Part shown: in pieces, positions 53,141 to 63,763 of the stretch
Layout: the number at the start of each line of letters is the position of its first letter
Numbering within the stretch: position 1 is the stretch's first letter
Source: Octopus bimaculoides
Taxonomy: Eukaryota
Reading direction: 5' to 3'
DNA length: 64,000 nucleotides
NCBI RefSeq assembly: GCF_001194135.2
Contig: NC_069006.1
Coordinates: 21,749,710-21,813,709 of the forward strand
The notes under the pieces: model-generated
What the model was told of the DNA's origin: nothing
Databases searched by the model: none
The model's input: only the letters and a program-made list of their open reading frames with translations
Made by a program: the position numbers and the translations under genes

Positions 53141-53672
53141 AAAGGCTTTCATATCCCCCCACCCCACCACTTTATCTACTGTGGGGTTTTCTCTCTTATC
53201 TTGACTGCCCCCCTCCCCACAACACCGCCTCTTTTTCTTTCATTTCACTAATTTATTCGTTACGTTTAATCCCTTTCTTCTTTCCTTTATCCTATTCCTT
53301 CTGCCTGGACGTGTGTCAGTCACGTTACCTTCCTCCTCCCCTCTCTTTCTCTCTCTCTCTCTACAAACATTATTATTATTCCTCTCTCCTCTCTCTTTCC
53401 CTCCCCCTCTCTTCCTATATGTCGCTCTGTGTCTCCTCCATCTTTTTTCTCTTCTCTACATGTTACTCTCACTTTCCTCTTCCTACACTTCTCTTTATTT
53501 TCTTTGCTTCTTCTTCTTCTTCTTCCCTATGTCCCTCCCTCAGTCTCTTTTTCTCTCTCCTTCCCTTCACTTCTTTTAACCTCCCTCCCTCCCTAATTTT
53601 TATTCTCTTCTTTTTTCTTCCCTTCTCGCTTTCTCTCTCTCTCTCATGTCGTCTCCAAACACGCGCCGTCTA

Positions 53673-53766
53673 TTCTTACTCGCTTTCTCTTTTACACACG
53701 TTTTGATGACGTATTTCAATTTAGTGTTCTCTATTTTGGCGCCATCTCCAAGTGAGTTCTTTCAAA
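53673..53766. promoter_or_regulatory. Candidate core promoter / first-exon region shared by PPM1E and RAD51C
   Basis: TGACGT CRE-like site 53707-53712; E2F consensus TTTTGGCGCC 53734-53743 overlapping a YY1-like CGCCATCT; plus-strand donor CAA|GTGAGT (GT at 53752); minus-strand donor CGA|GTAAGA (GT at 53679); CpG-rich context. Confidence 0.4.
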
Positions 53767-53923
53767 ACTTTTGCTTACTATCTTATTCAATTCTGTCATT
53801 CTTAGTTCAGGCTAGAAATTCTTCTTATATACTTGAATCACTGTTTTCATTCTTCGTTTTAGAAATCTCATGCGTTTGTTACTTTATTAATATAATATAT
53901 ATCCCTTTTTTTCCTCCCTGTAC

Positions 53924-53959
<36 letters not shown>

Positions 53960-54030
53960 CATATATAATAATAATAATAATAATAAGAAGAAGAAGAAGA
54001 AGAACAACAACAACAACAATTATTGGTAAA

Positions 54031-54097
54031 GAAGACGCACACCCGGTGTTTAGGGTTAGGGTTACGCCGAAAACGGGGTGGTGTGCGTATTTTTTTT
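54031..54097 (-). repeat. Second copy of the ~65-bp telomere-repeat mini-element
   Basis: Reverse complement matches 41353-41416 apart from a few, mostly C/T, transitions. Confidence 0.7.
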
Positions 54098-54600
54098 TTA
54101 CCCAATAATTCTAGGATGAAATTTATAAATATTTAGGCCACTTTCGTTTTGACTTGCAGACATCATTGTTGTTCGTTAATTTCCGTAATTTTTATTTATT
54201 TATTTATTTACTTTTGTTTTAAAGCGGAAGATGTTTACGTGTGTGTATGAAACGGACGTGTGTGTATGGGTGTGTGAGAGAGAGTGAAGGGGTGTGTTGT
54301 CATGTACACATACATAAATTCATACGCTTACACCTTTTTTTGTATGTATGTGTGTGTGAGAGAGAGAGTGCCACTTAGACATCACCCTCTGCCTCTCATA
54401 CACAAAAACAGATGACTGCGGACGTATGTACGTATACGTGACAACCAACCCCTTCTCCCTCTCACGCATATGTCCATTTCATATACATCCACATGTATCT
54501 TTCACTTTCTCCTCTCTTTCACTCCAAAACAAAAGTTAATAAATAAATAAATAAAAATTACGGAAATTAGCAAACAAAATCAGCTGATCCAAATGACACT

Positions 54601-54693
54601 TCTGCGAGTCAAAACGAACGATCACCAATAGGCCTGCGAGTCAAATCGAAAGTTGACCAATCGGCCTGCGAGTCAAAACGAATGATGACCAAT
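54601..54693 (+). promoter_or_regulatory. Three tandem 32-bp units, each CTGCGAGTCAAA...CCAAT (candidate NF-Y box array)
   Basis: CCAAT at 54625, 54657 and 54689 (exact 32-bp spacing); CTGCGAGTCAAA at 54602, 54634 and 54666. The repeat itself is certain; regulatory function is inferred. Confidence 0.55.
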
Positions 54694-54705
54694 ATTTAAG
54701 AAATC

Positions 54706-55081
54706 GCTACACGCGTTTCTACAAATCACATGATTATGACATCAGAGTCGATATCCCTGGGATTCGAACAGTATAGTCCGTTTTTTCCGTGGGCATCTGG
54801 TTGATCATCATCATCGATTCATTTCATCGGGCGATACTGCCTTATTGGATGAATCACAAATTGATGTTTTATCCCTTCGACATAGCTAGACTGGCCTTCA
54901 TACTGGTAAGAAGGGATAAACATCCCTCTGTGTTTCACTCAATAAGGCAGTAATGCCCGATGAAATGAATTTGTGATGAAGATCAACCAGATGCCCACGG
55001 ACAATACGGAGTATACTGTTCTAATCTCAAGGATACCGAGTCTGATGTCAAAATCATGTGATTTGTGGAAACGCGCGTAGC
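54706..55081. mobile_element. Foldback/MITE-like long imperfect inverted repeat
   Basis: Arm 54706-54878 (GCTACACGCGTTTCTACAAATCACATGATT...ATCCCTTC) pairs with arm 54910-55081 (GAAGGGATAAA...ATTTGTGGAAACGCGCGTAGC) around a ~31-nt loop. No clear target-site duplication. Confidence 0.75.
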
Positions 55082-55394
55082 TTTATAAATTCCATCCTAG
55101 AATTATTATATTTGTCTTACATTATATTGGTATAACCATGATGCAACCCTGAAAAACTGACTTACTGGTCAGAATCATTAGACGGTAGCCGGCATAATGA
55201 AATAGCTTATTTGCATACCCCTAACGTTACTATAAACACATGCACTATATATTTGTTCTTCACTTCAGATTTATTATTCTTACATAATTGCCCTTTGAAA
55301 ATCCTTCGTTACACGTCCTGTCGCCTCTTCATGCCATGTGTCTCCTCCTGTTTAGTCTAGTTTGTCTTTCTATGGTGTGTATCCTTATCTGAGC

Positions 55395-55600
55395 ATGAAT
55401 TGTTAGCATGCCAGGCAAAAAGGCTTAGCGGTATTTTGTTGGTCGCTGCGTTCTGAGTTCAAATTCCGCTGAGGTTGACTTTACCTTTCATCCTTTCAGG
55501 GTCAATAAAATAAATACCAGTTGAACACTGGGGGTCGATATAATCAACTCATTCCCTCACCCCGAAAAGCTGCTACCCTAGTGGCGAAATTTGAAACCAT
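55395..55600 (+). mobile_element. SINE family B copy
   Basis: TTCTGAGTTCAAATTCCGCTGAGGTTGACTTTACCTTTCATCCTTTCAGGGTCAATAAAATAAATACCAG. Confidence 0.75.
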
Positions 55601-56285
55601 TATTATTATTATGAGAATGATGGTGATGATGATAATCTTTTTCTTCATCATCATCATGCCGATCTTGATGTTATATAGATTTTTCTGTTAAAAGCCCTCG
55701 CTCTTGCTTCTTGTTGATTTGTTAGTATTGATCTCTCATATCATTTCCACTGCAGATTTCGAAATTCGCTGCACTGGAGATTATATAAGACATCACAAAT
55801 CATCGAGTCATTTGAGCACCCACCAACAAACAAACCTACCAACCAACCAACCAACCAACCATCCAACCATCCAACCAATATGATTGTGTGGTTATGATTT
55901 TTGTTTTGCATCTATGTATGGCAGTCCAGATCTGACTCTGTTTTGCATTACTTTGGGCAAAAGGATGAAAGGCAAGGTCGACCTTGGTGGAATTTGAACT
56001 CAGAACGTCTTTAAGATGGATGAAATGCTGCTAAGCATTTTTCCCGGTGTGCTAATGATTCTACCAGCTCACCACTTTTAGTACTTGTATAATATAAAGC
56101 ATTAAAAGAATTCTTATCATCTGTCAACCACCCATTCATTGACACAATTCCTATGCATCTTTGCATCAGTGACCAAGTTTTAGTTGTTGGACAACATTTT
56201 TGTGGCATTATAGTTTGTGTGTGTTTGGCTGCGTGTCTATATATACTAGCATGATATAAAAGTAAAAAAAAAAGTGACTATAACA

Positions 56286-56320
<35 letters not shown>

Positions 56321-56358
56321 CAGTGTACATTTAAACACATAAGAGATGTTCATAATAG

Positions 56359-56397
<39 letters not shown>

Positions 56398-56398
56398 G

Positions 56399-56436
<38 letters not shown>

Positions 56437-56523
56437 NNNNNNNNNNNNNNNNNNNNNNNNNNNNNNNNNNNNNNNNNNNNNNNNNNNNNNNNNNNNNNNN
56501 NNNNNNNNNNNNNNNNNNNNNTA

Positions 56524-56647
56524 TATACATTTATAAACATAATTAAGAGATCAGCAAACATTTGCTTCACCACATACCGAAGTTCGAACTTCGGTATGTG
56601 GTGAAGCAAATGTTTGCTGATCCCTTAATTATGTTTATAAATGTATA
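56524..56647. repeat. 124-bp palindrome with no spacer (one mismatch)
   Basis: Arms of 62 bp centred on TTC|GAA at 56585/56586; the only mismatch is 56548 vs 56623; abuts an N-gap. Confidence 0.85.
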
Positions 56648-57264
56648 AGAACTTTTAAATAAGTTCTCCACCGATAATGGTGTTTACATACCGAAGGGCT
56701 TGGTAAAAATTATTAATTGTTGATTTATTAATAAATTAATAAATTGATAAACCGTTACCCTTTTAATTGTGTGTATATTTATATATATATATATATATAT
56801 ATATAGATAGATAGATAGATAGATGGGTAGATAGATAGATATCTCTCTCTGTGTGTGTGTTTTAAATAACTGAAATGATTCTTCCACAGTGTAATTGTTT
56901 CAAGACACTCGACAAACAAATACAGCTCTACCGAATATATTAGTATTTGTTTACCGTAAAAGTCAATAGACAACATATTTTCATATATATTTTGGATGTT
57001 TTGACTGCTCCCTCTAGCGTGTAAGGCTGCCTATCAAGGGTCGCCTCTTTTGTGTTTAAATGTACACTAATTTTATATGAAAATATGTGATATGAAGGTT
57101 GACAGGCAGCTGGGGGGAGTAGATGTGACTGTGAGACGTGTGTGGCCTTGGGGTTAGTCCTAGCATATAGCACCTTGGACAAGAGTCTTCTGCTATAGCC
57201 CTAGGCTAACGAAAGCCTTGTGAGTGAATTTAATAGACAGAAAATGAAAGGAATCCATTATATC

Positions 57265-57429
57265 ATCATCATCATTATCATCATCGTTTAACGTCTGCTT
57301 TCCATGCTAGCATGGGTTGGACGATTTGACTGAGGACTGGTGAAATCGGATGGCAACACCAGGCTCCAATCTAATTTGGCAGAGTTTCTACAGCTGGATG
57401 CCCTTCCTAACGCCAACCACTCCGAGAGT
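57265..57429 (-). mobile_element. Young SINE family C copy (5'-truncated)
   Basis: 148 bp with 4 mismatches to 63073-63220. Confidence 0.85.
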
Positions 57430-58049
57430 ATATATATATATATATATATGTATATACTCCCTTTTCTCCTTCCTTCTCTTTCTTACAGTCTGTCTCTTAT
57501 TCCCACTTTGTCTCTCTCTTCTCTCTCTCTTCCTCTCTCACTCTCTTATGTAACCTTTCACAGTCTATCTCCCTCTATCTGTTGCATTCTTCCACTCTCT
57601 TAGTCTGTCTCTTCCACTCACCCATTCTCTTAATCTTTCTCTTTTACTCCCTTTTCTCTCACCCCCCTCCCCCACCGTCCCCTTTGTGCTGGAATCCTGC
57701 TGCTCCCGTTTTCTGTCTACAACCTGTAATCCTTTTTTTAGACCAGGTTTATTGGGAGCCAGCTCAAGCAACAACCAAGTAATGGATAACTATCTTATTT
57801 CCACTTACTTCTTTTACGCCATAAATAACCATGCCACCATCTTTTTTTAAAAAAAAAAGAACACACAGCTATAGACACAGGTGTGGTTGTGTGGTAAGAA
57901 GCTTGCCGAGGTCAACTTTGCCTTTCATCCTTTCGGGGTCGATAAATTAAGTACCAGTTGCTCACTGGGGTCGATGTAATCGACTTAATCCCTTTGTCTG
58001 TCCTTGTTTGTCCCCTCTATGTTTAGCCCCTCGTGGGCAATAAAGAAAT

Positions 58050-58545
58050 AAGAAGCTTGCTTCCCAACCACATGGTTCCAGGTTCAGTCCCACTGCATGG
58101 CATCATGGGCAAGTGTCTTCTGCTACAGTTCTGGCCAACCAAAGCCTTGTGAGTGGATTTGGTAGATGGAAACTAAAAGAATCTTGGTATGTATATACAT
58201 GTTTGTGTATGTGTGTGTTTTTTGGTGTTGTATAACAGTTATGAATAGCCAGTGGCTTATTAACATTTAACTATTAGCAACGGATGCAGCATTAATATCA
58301 AAAGGCAAACTTTATATCCTACTTAACCTTTTTGATACCCCCCCCCCAACTCACATATATGTATGATGGGCTTCTTTCAGTTTCCATCTGCCAAGTCCAC
58401 TCACAAGGCTTCCATTGGCCCAGGCTTCCATTGGCTATAGTAGAAATTCACTCAGTGTCTTCTACCATAGCTGGTGTCACACAGAGGGACTGAACCCAGA
58501 ACCATGTGGTTGGGAAGCAGGCTTCTTACCACACAGCCATGCCTG
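58050..58545. mobile_element. Two family A SINEs in opposite orientation
   Basis: (+) 58050-58185 and (-) 58375-58545. Confidence 0.75.
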
Positions 58546-60059
58546 CACCTATGTATATGTGAACACACACACACATACTATGATGCATGCATAGACAGAT
58601 GCATAAATGTATAGGTATATCAGCCAATAATAAAATTATCAAGGACATTGTTGTTGTGCGGCACCAGGCCATCCGTGATGGAGCCAATGTATTGCAAAGG
58701 GCATTCCAGCCATCATCATTTGGCTGAAATTATGCAATGTGTCCTAAGAAATTTGGCTGATAATTTTAGCAAGTTGAGTAAGCATGGTAGGAAGAATGTT
58801 TATCAGTGCAGTGTGTACTTAATGACACTTCTGTTGCAATGATGCCAATTTTAACAGATTTCTTAAAAGTAGAGCAGATGCTAAGCCAGATTTTGTCACT
58901 CACTGACGCAGAGAGAGATAGACAGACGGATAGATAGATAAATAGATAGACAGATAGATAGATAGAGAGAGAGACTTATGGAGGTACATGCACACACACA
59001 CACACATACACACACATGCATGCATATATGCTGGTGCAGGCATCGCTGGATTGTTTAAAAAGTTCACTGTGAAGCCATGTGATTTCAGGTTTAGGAAGGA
59101 TGGTCAGTTTTGGCATTCCAATGGTTAATAACATTAAATAACAGTCATTTGATTTGACTTTGCCCCCCCCCCCGATAATTGCCAGTCTTGTGCCCGAATT
59201 ACAGTCTATTTTATTTTTGTTTTCAACTCGGTGTTATTTCTAAACTCAAGGAATGTTTNNNNNNNNNNNNNNNNNNNNNNNNNNNNNNNNNNNNNNNNNN
59301 NNNNNNNNNNNNNNNNNNNNNNNNNNNNNNNNNNNNNNNNNNNNNNNNNNNNNNNNNNNNNNNNNNNNNNNNNNNNNNNNNNNNNNNNNNNNNNNNNNNN
59401 NNNNNNNNNNNNNNNNNNNNNNNNNNNNNNNNNNNNNNNNNNNNNNNNNNNNNNNNNNNNNNNNNNNTATATATATATATATACATGCACACATATATAT
59501 ACATATGTATATATATATATATATAAACAATATATGAGTATATGCATATATATGTACATGTATGTACATACCTTCATCTACATGTACATATAGATACATA
59601 ACTGGGTACATGACGTAGCAAAAGAACATGGACAAAATGATAAACAAGGTACAACAAACAAGCAAGCCACATAGAAACATCTCCTTCATCAGCTGCCACC
59701 ATTAAAACACCGCAAGATGGATGCTAAATTATATATATATATATATATACATATACACACACACACACACACACACAGTTATACACACATGCACAAACAC
59801 ACATACATATACATGTATACTTTTTTGCAAATATCTATATTAATGAAAGATATAAACAGATATTTTAACTGATAAGGCATAGTTTTTAAGAAGACTTGGC
59901 TGTTATTTGTAGTAGATCAAGCAACCATGTGGAGGCATCCACATTGTTACTTAGCCTTGGTTGAGCAGATCTAACATCAAAAGCAATCCAGTTGTGCCCA
60001 CTGCATTCTTTGTTCTGTTGTTTAATGAAAAGCTTGCCTAGGACTGCATTCTTGAATGT

Positions 60060-60935
60060 CTCCTGGCCTTCAGTTTTTCTAAGGCAATAAAAATGTGATT
60101 TGAAGGAGATTTGGCTGATATTTAAATCAGGCCATGTAACTACACAGAAGGTTCCTGTGTTAGCTCACCCACCGTATCTTTAGTTATATGTTAACGAGAA
60201 CAGAGACAGGTTTCATAAAAAACACCAAGGTGAAATGGAAAACATTATGCCCCAGCCTTCTTGTTTCTAAGACAAAATAATGTAATTTCTGCGAGATTTG
60301 GCTGCTATTCAAATCACGCCAAATGACTACATAAGAAAGCTCCCACATTAGCTATCATGTTAAAGGGGGCCAATACAGGTTTAATTAAAACATCAAGGTG
60401 GAATGGGGAGCAGTGTCTCCTTGTCTTCTTTGTTTTCTAAGGCAAAAAAAATGTGATTTGAGGGCCAAATGACTACACAAAAGTTTCTGTGCTGGCTCAC
60501 TAACCCTGTCTTTAGTTGTATGACAATGAGAATCAGCACAGGTTTAATAAAAATATCAAAGTGGAATGGAAAGCAATGTGTCCTTGCCTTCTTCTTTTCT
60601 AAAGCAACAAAATGTGATTTGAGGGAGGTTTGGCTGCTATTTAAATCAGACCAAATGACTACACAAAAGGTTTGTGCTGGTTCACTCACTCTATCTTTAG
60701 TTATATGGCAATGACAGCCAACACAGGTTTAATAACACTATCAAGGTAGAATAGAGAGCAATTTGTTCTGGTCTTCTTATTTCTTTTTAGGCAAAAGTAT
60801 GTGATTTGAAGGAGATTTGGCTACTATTTAAATGATTACACAAAAGGGTCCTTTGTTTGCACACTCACCCCACTGCTATTGATATGGTAATGTGAGACAA
60901 GACAGGTTTGATATAACCACCAAGGTGGAATAGAG
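60060..60935. repeat. Diverged tandem array of ~5 units of 160-190 bp
   Basis: The motif AATGTGATTTGAAGGAGATTTGGCTG recurs at 60092, 60279, 60450, 60611 and 60798; each unit also carries ACAGGTTT..A and CAAGGTGGAATGG motifs. Confidence 0.8.
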
Positions 60936-60988
60936 TGAGAAATGACCCAAGGGCTTGTATTGTTAGTGGTCTGTAAAACAAGAACAAC

Positions 60989-61020
<32 letters not shown>

Positions 61021-61443
61021 AGAGAGATGTGGTTCAGTAAAATTAAAAGAAGCAATCTGCAGGAGGGGTGGGGGATGACGGGCGTGGCAGTGGGGGGTGG
61101 GGGTGAGACGACCCATTTATTTCGTATCAACAGTAGAAATTTAAATAATTAAATAATGACAATGTGGGAACGTGGCCTTGAGCAAATAACATCCTGCTCT
61201 CTCACTAGTATCTATTCACAGAAAATAATAACAACAAAACAACAATAGTAGTAATAGTAGTAGTACTAGTCATTATGATAATGATGATAATAATAATAAT
61301 AATAATAATGATAATAAATTCTGGGTTCAGTCCCACTGCATGGTACCTTGGGTAAGTGTCTTCTACTACAGCCTTGGGCAGACCAAAGCCTTATGAGTGG
61401 ACTTGGTAGACAGGAACTGAAAGAAGTCCATTATGTGTGTGTT

Positions 61444-61482
<39 letters not shown>

Positions 61483-62984
61483 AAGAATATATATGCATGT
61501 ATATACACATATATGTCCATACTTACATCTACATGTGTATACAGATGCATATCAGGGTACAGGACGTTAGAACAATGAACTACAGACAACGGAACGAACA
61601 CATAGGAAAACAGATAGCCACTTGGAATAATTCCTTCGTCAGCTGTCTCTATTCTAACTAGACGTTTTGAAGATAAGGCAGAACGTACTGTGTCTGTGTT
61701 TGTTCTCCCACCATCATATTTTGTCTGGCTTTACATTTTGAACTTAAATACCAGTTGAACAGCACTGGGGTCGAAGTAATCCATTTGGTCCCTCAACCAA
61801 AATTACTGGCCTTCTACCAAAATTTGGGACCAGTATTATACTTTACTAAAATTTGGCAAGCGTGCAGAATTGTCAGTATGTTGGGCAAGTTGCTCAGCAT
61901 CATTTTGTCCATCTGAACGTTCTGAGTTCAATTTCTGTTGAGGTTTACTTTGCCTTTTATCCTTTTCAGTTGATGAAATGGATACCAGTTGAGTACTGGA
62001 GTCAATGTAATAATGGACCTAATCCCTCCCCTAAATTGCTGACCTTGTGCAATTTTTTTTCTTCTTTGCTTTAGTTCTTTGATAATTACCCAAACATGAA
62101 ATTATAAAATTGAATTAAAAATTGTTTTCTCTCAGAACAGATTTAGCAAATATAAAATTTAGTTGAAATTTTTTAAAACACGAAAGAATTAAATGTAATT
62201 TTATAAGCAAGTAAAATGCATCCAGTCCAGAGGTATACAATTTCAGGAATTAATTACAGAAATAATTAAATATGTATTCTATGACATAATTTACTTCTAG
62301 TGTTTAGATTAAAGAGTCAGAAAAATTCCAATAATGATATTTTGTTTCAGTTCAGTAATGTTGATCTCTGGCGATTTAAATTCCTCATCATCGTTAGGCA
62401 TCTGGGATTGGTTAGGAATTAACAGATTAAACATTGGTGTGTGTTTAAATATATATATATATGTAGTATTTTTGCTGCTATTTCTAGCGAGTAGATGTCC
62501 TATTATAGGCGTCTCTGCATTTCAAATGAATATATATATATATATATATATATTCTTATTCTTTTCTTTCATTTTTTTACTTGTCTCAGTCATTTGACTG
62601 TGGCCATGCTGGAGCACCGCCTTTAGTCGAAGAAATCAATCTCGAGACTTATTCTTTGTAAACCCAGTACTTTATTCTATCGGTCCCTAAGTCACGGGGA
62701 CATAAGCACACTAGCATCAGTTGTCAAGCGATGTTAGGGGGACAAACACAGAGACAGAAATACATACAATGCACACACATACACACACACACACACACAC
62801 ACATGACAGCCTTCTTTCAGTTTCTGTCTACCAAATCCACTCACAAGGCTTTGGTCGGCCCAAGGCTATAGTAGAAGACACTTGCCCAAGGTGCCATGCA
62901 TCTCATTTTAACACATATATTTACCATATTGTTTTGGGACTTGAGATTATCAGGCAAGTGTTCTGTGCATCAGATATGATGCAC

Positions 62985-63237
62985 CTGGACTGGCTTGTGC
63001 GGGTGGCACATAAAAGACACCATTTCGAGCGTGGCCGTTTTCGTGCGGGTGACACGTAAAAGCACCCACTACACTCTCTGAGTGGTTGGCGTTAGGAAGG
63101 GCATCCAGCTGTAGAAACTCTGCCAAATTAGATTGGAGCCTGGTGTTGCCATCCGGTTTCACCAGTCCTCAGTCAAATCGTCCAACCCATGCTAGCATGG
63201 AAAGCGGACATTAAACGATGATGATGATGATGATGAT
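62985..63237 (+). mobile_element. Young SINE family C with RTE-like 3' tail ending in (GAT)n
   Basis: ...GTTGGCGTTAGGAAGGGCATCCAGCTGTAGAAAC...CCAACCCATGCTAGCATGGAAAGCGGAC.TTAAACGATGATGAT; near-identical copies at 24744(-), 36097(+) and 57265(-). Confidence 0.85.
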
Positions 63238-63594
63238 CCCTCATTTTATATGTTCTGAGTAATGTAATAAGTTCCAAGTTACTCTGGTGGTTGAAAATAA
63301 TTGACATAGACACCAAAGAAATATGTTTCATATATCACATGTGATACACAGGACAGACAGTGGGTTAACATGAACCTCAGGAGGATCTGTTGTATGGGTC
63401 ATATGTACTACCCCTCCTCTGACTAAATAATTGAAAACAATAGTTATATGTTGTTGTTATTGTTTCTATTCAGTCACAGCTCAGTCCTCAATTGACCAGA
63501 CATACGGTCAGGAATGTCCAGGTTAATGTATGGTAAAAAGTAAAATGCATGGAATTGTTTTTGAATTTCTATTCTTTCTCATCCTACCAACAAG

Positions 63595-63639
63595 GATTTG
63601 GTTCCTGAATGAACCCTCAAAGAGGTAAGCCCCTTGAAA
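63595..63639 (+). other. RAD51C: Putative RAD51C 5'UTR segment following a splice acceptor
   Basis: Pyrimidine tract TTTCTATTCTTTCTCATCCTACCAACAAG ends at 63594. There is no promoter-like CpG-rich DNA nearby, so an upstream non-coding exon is likely. Confidence 0.4.
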
Positions 63640-63763
63640 ATGCAGAACCAACGAGAAATCAGTTCTTTCCCTTTACCACCGAACTACCAGAGCAAACTGC
63701 TTTCAGCTGGATATTTGATTGTTGATGACTTGAAAGATGTAAAACCATCTGAACTAAGTGAAG
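63640..63763 (+). CDS. RAD51C: First coding exon of DNA repair protein RAD51 homolog 3 (RAD51C)
   Basis: MQNQREISSFPLPPNYQSKLLSAGYLIVDDLKDVKPSELSE+G then GTCAGT donor at 63764. It aligns with recalled human RAD51C [40 protein letters not shown] and has the same phase-1 intron position after KPSELSxE. Confidence 0.92.

Noticed and set aside
53734-53766. CDE/CHR (DREAM) element from the E2F site plus TTCAAA at 53761
   Set aside because: Order and spacing do not fit the 4-nt CDE-CHR arrangement.
59570-61680. Segments at 59570-59720 and 61545-61680 resembling Penelope-like terminal repeats
   Set aside because: Only vague recognition and no ORF; cannot be supported without a library search.
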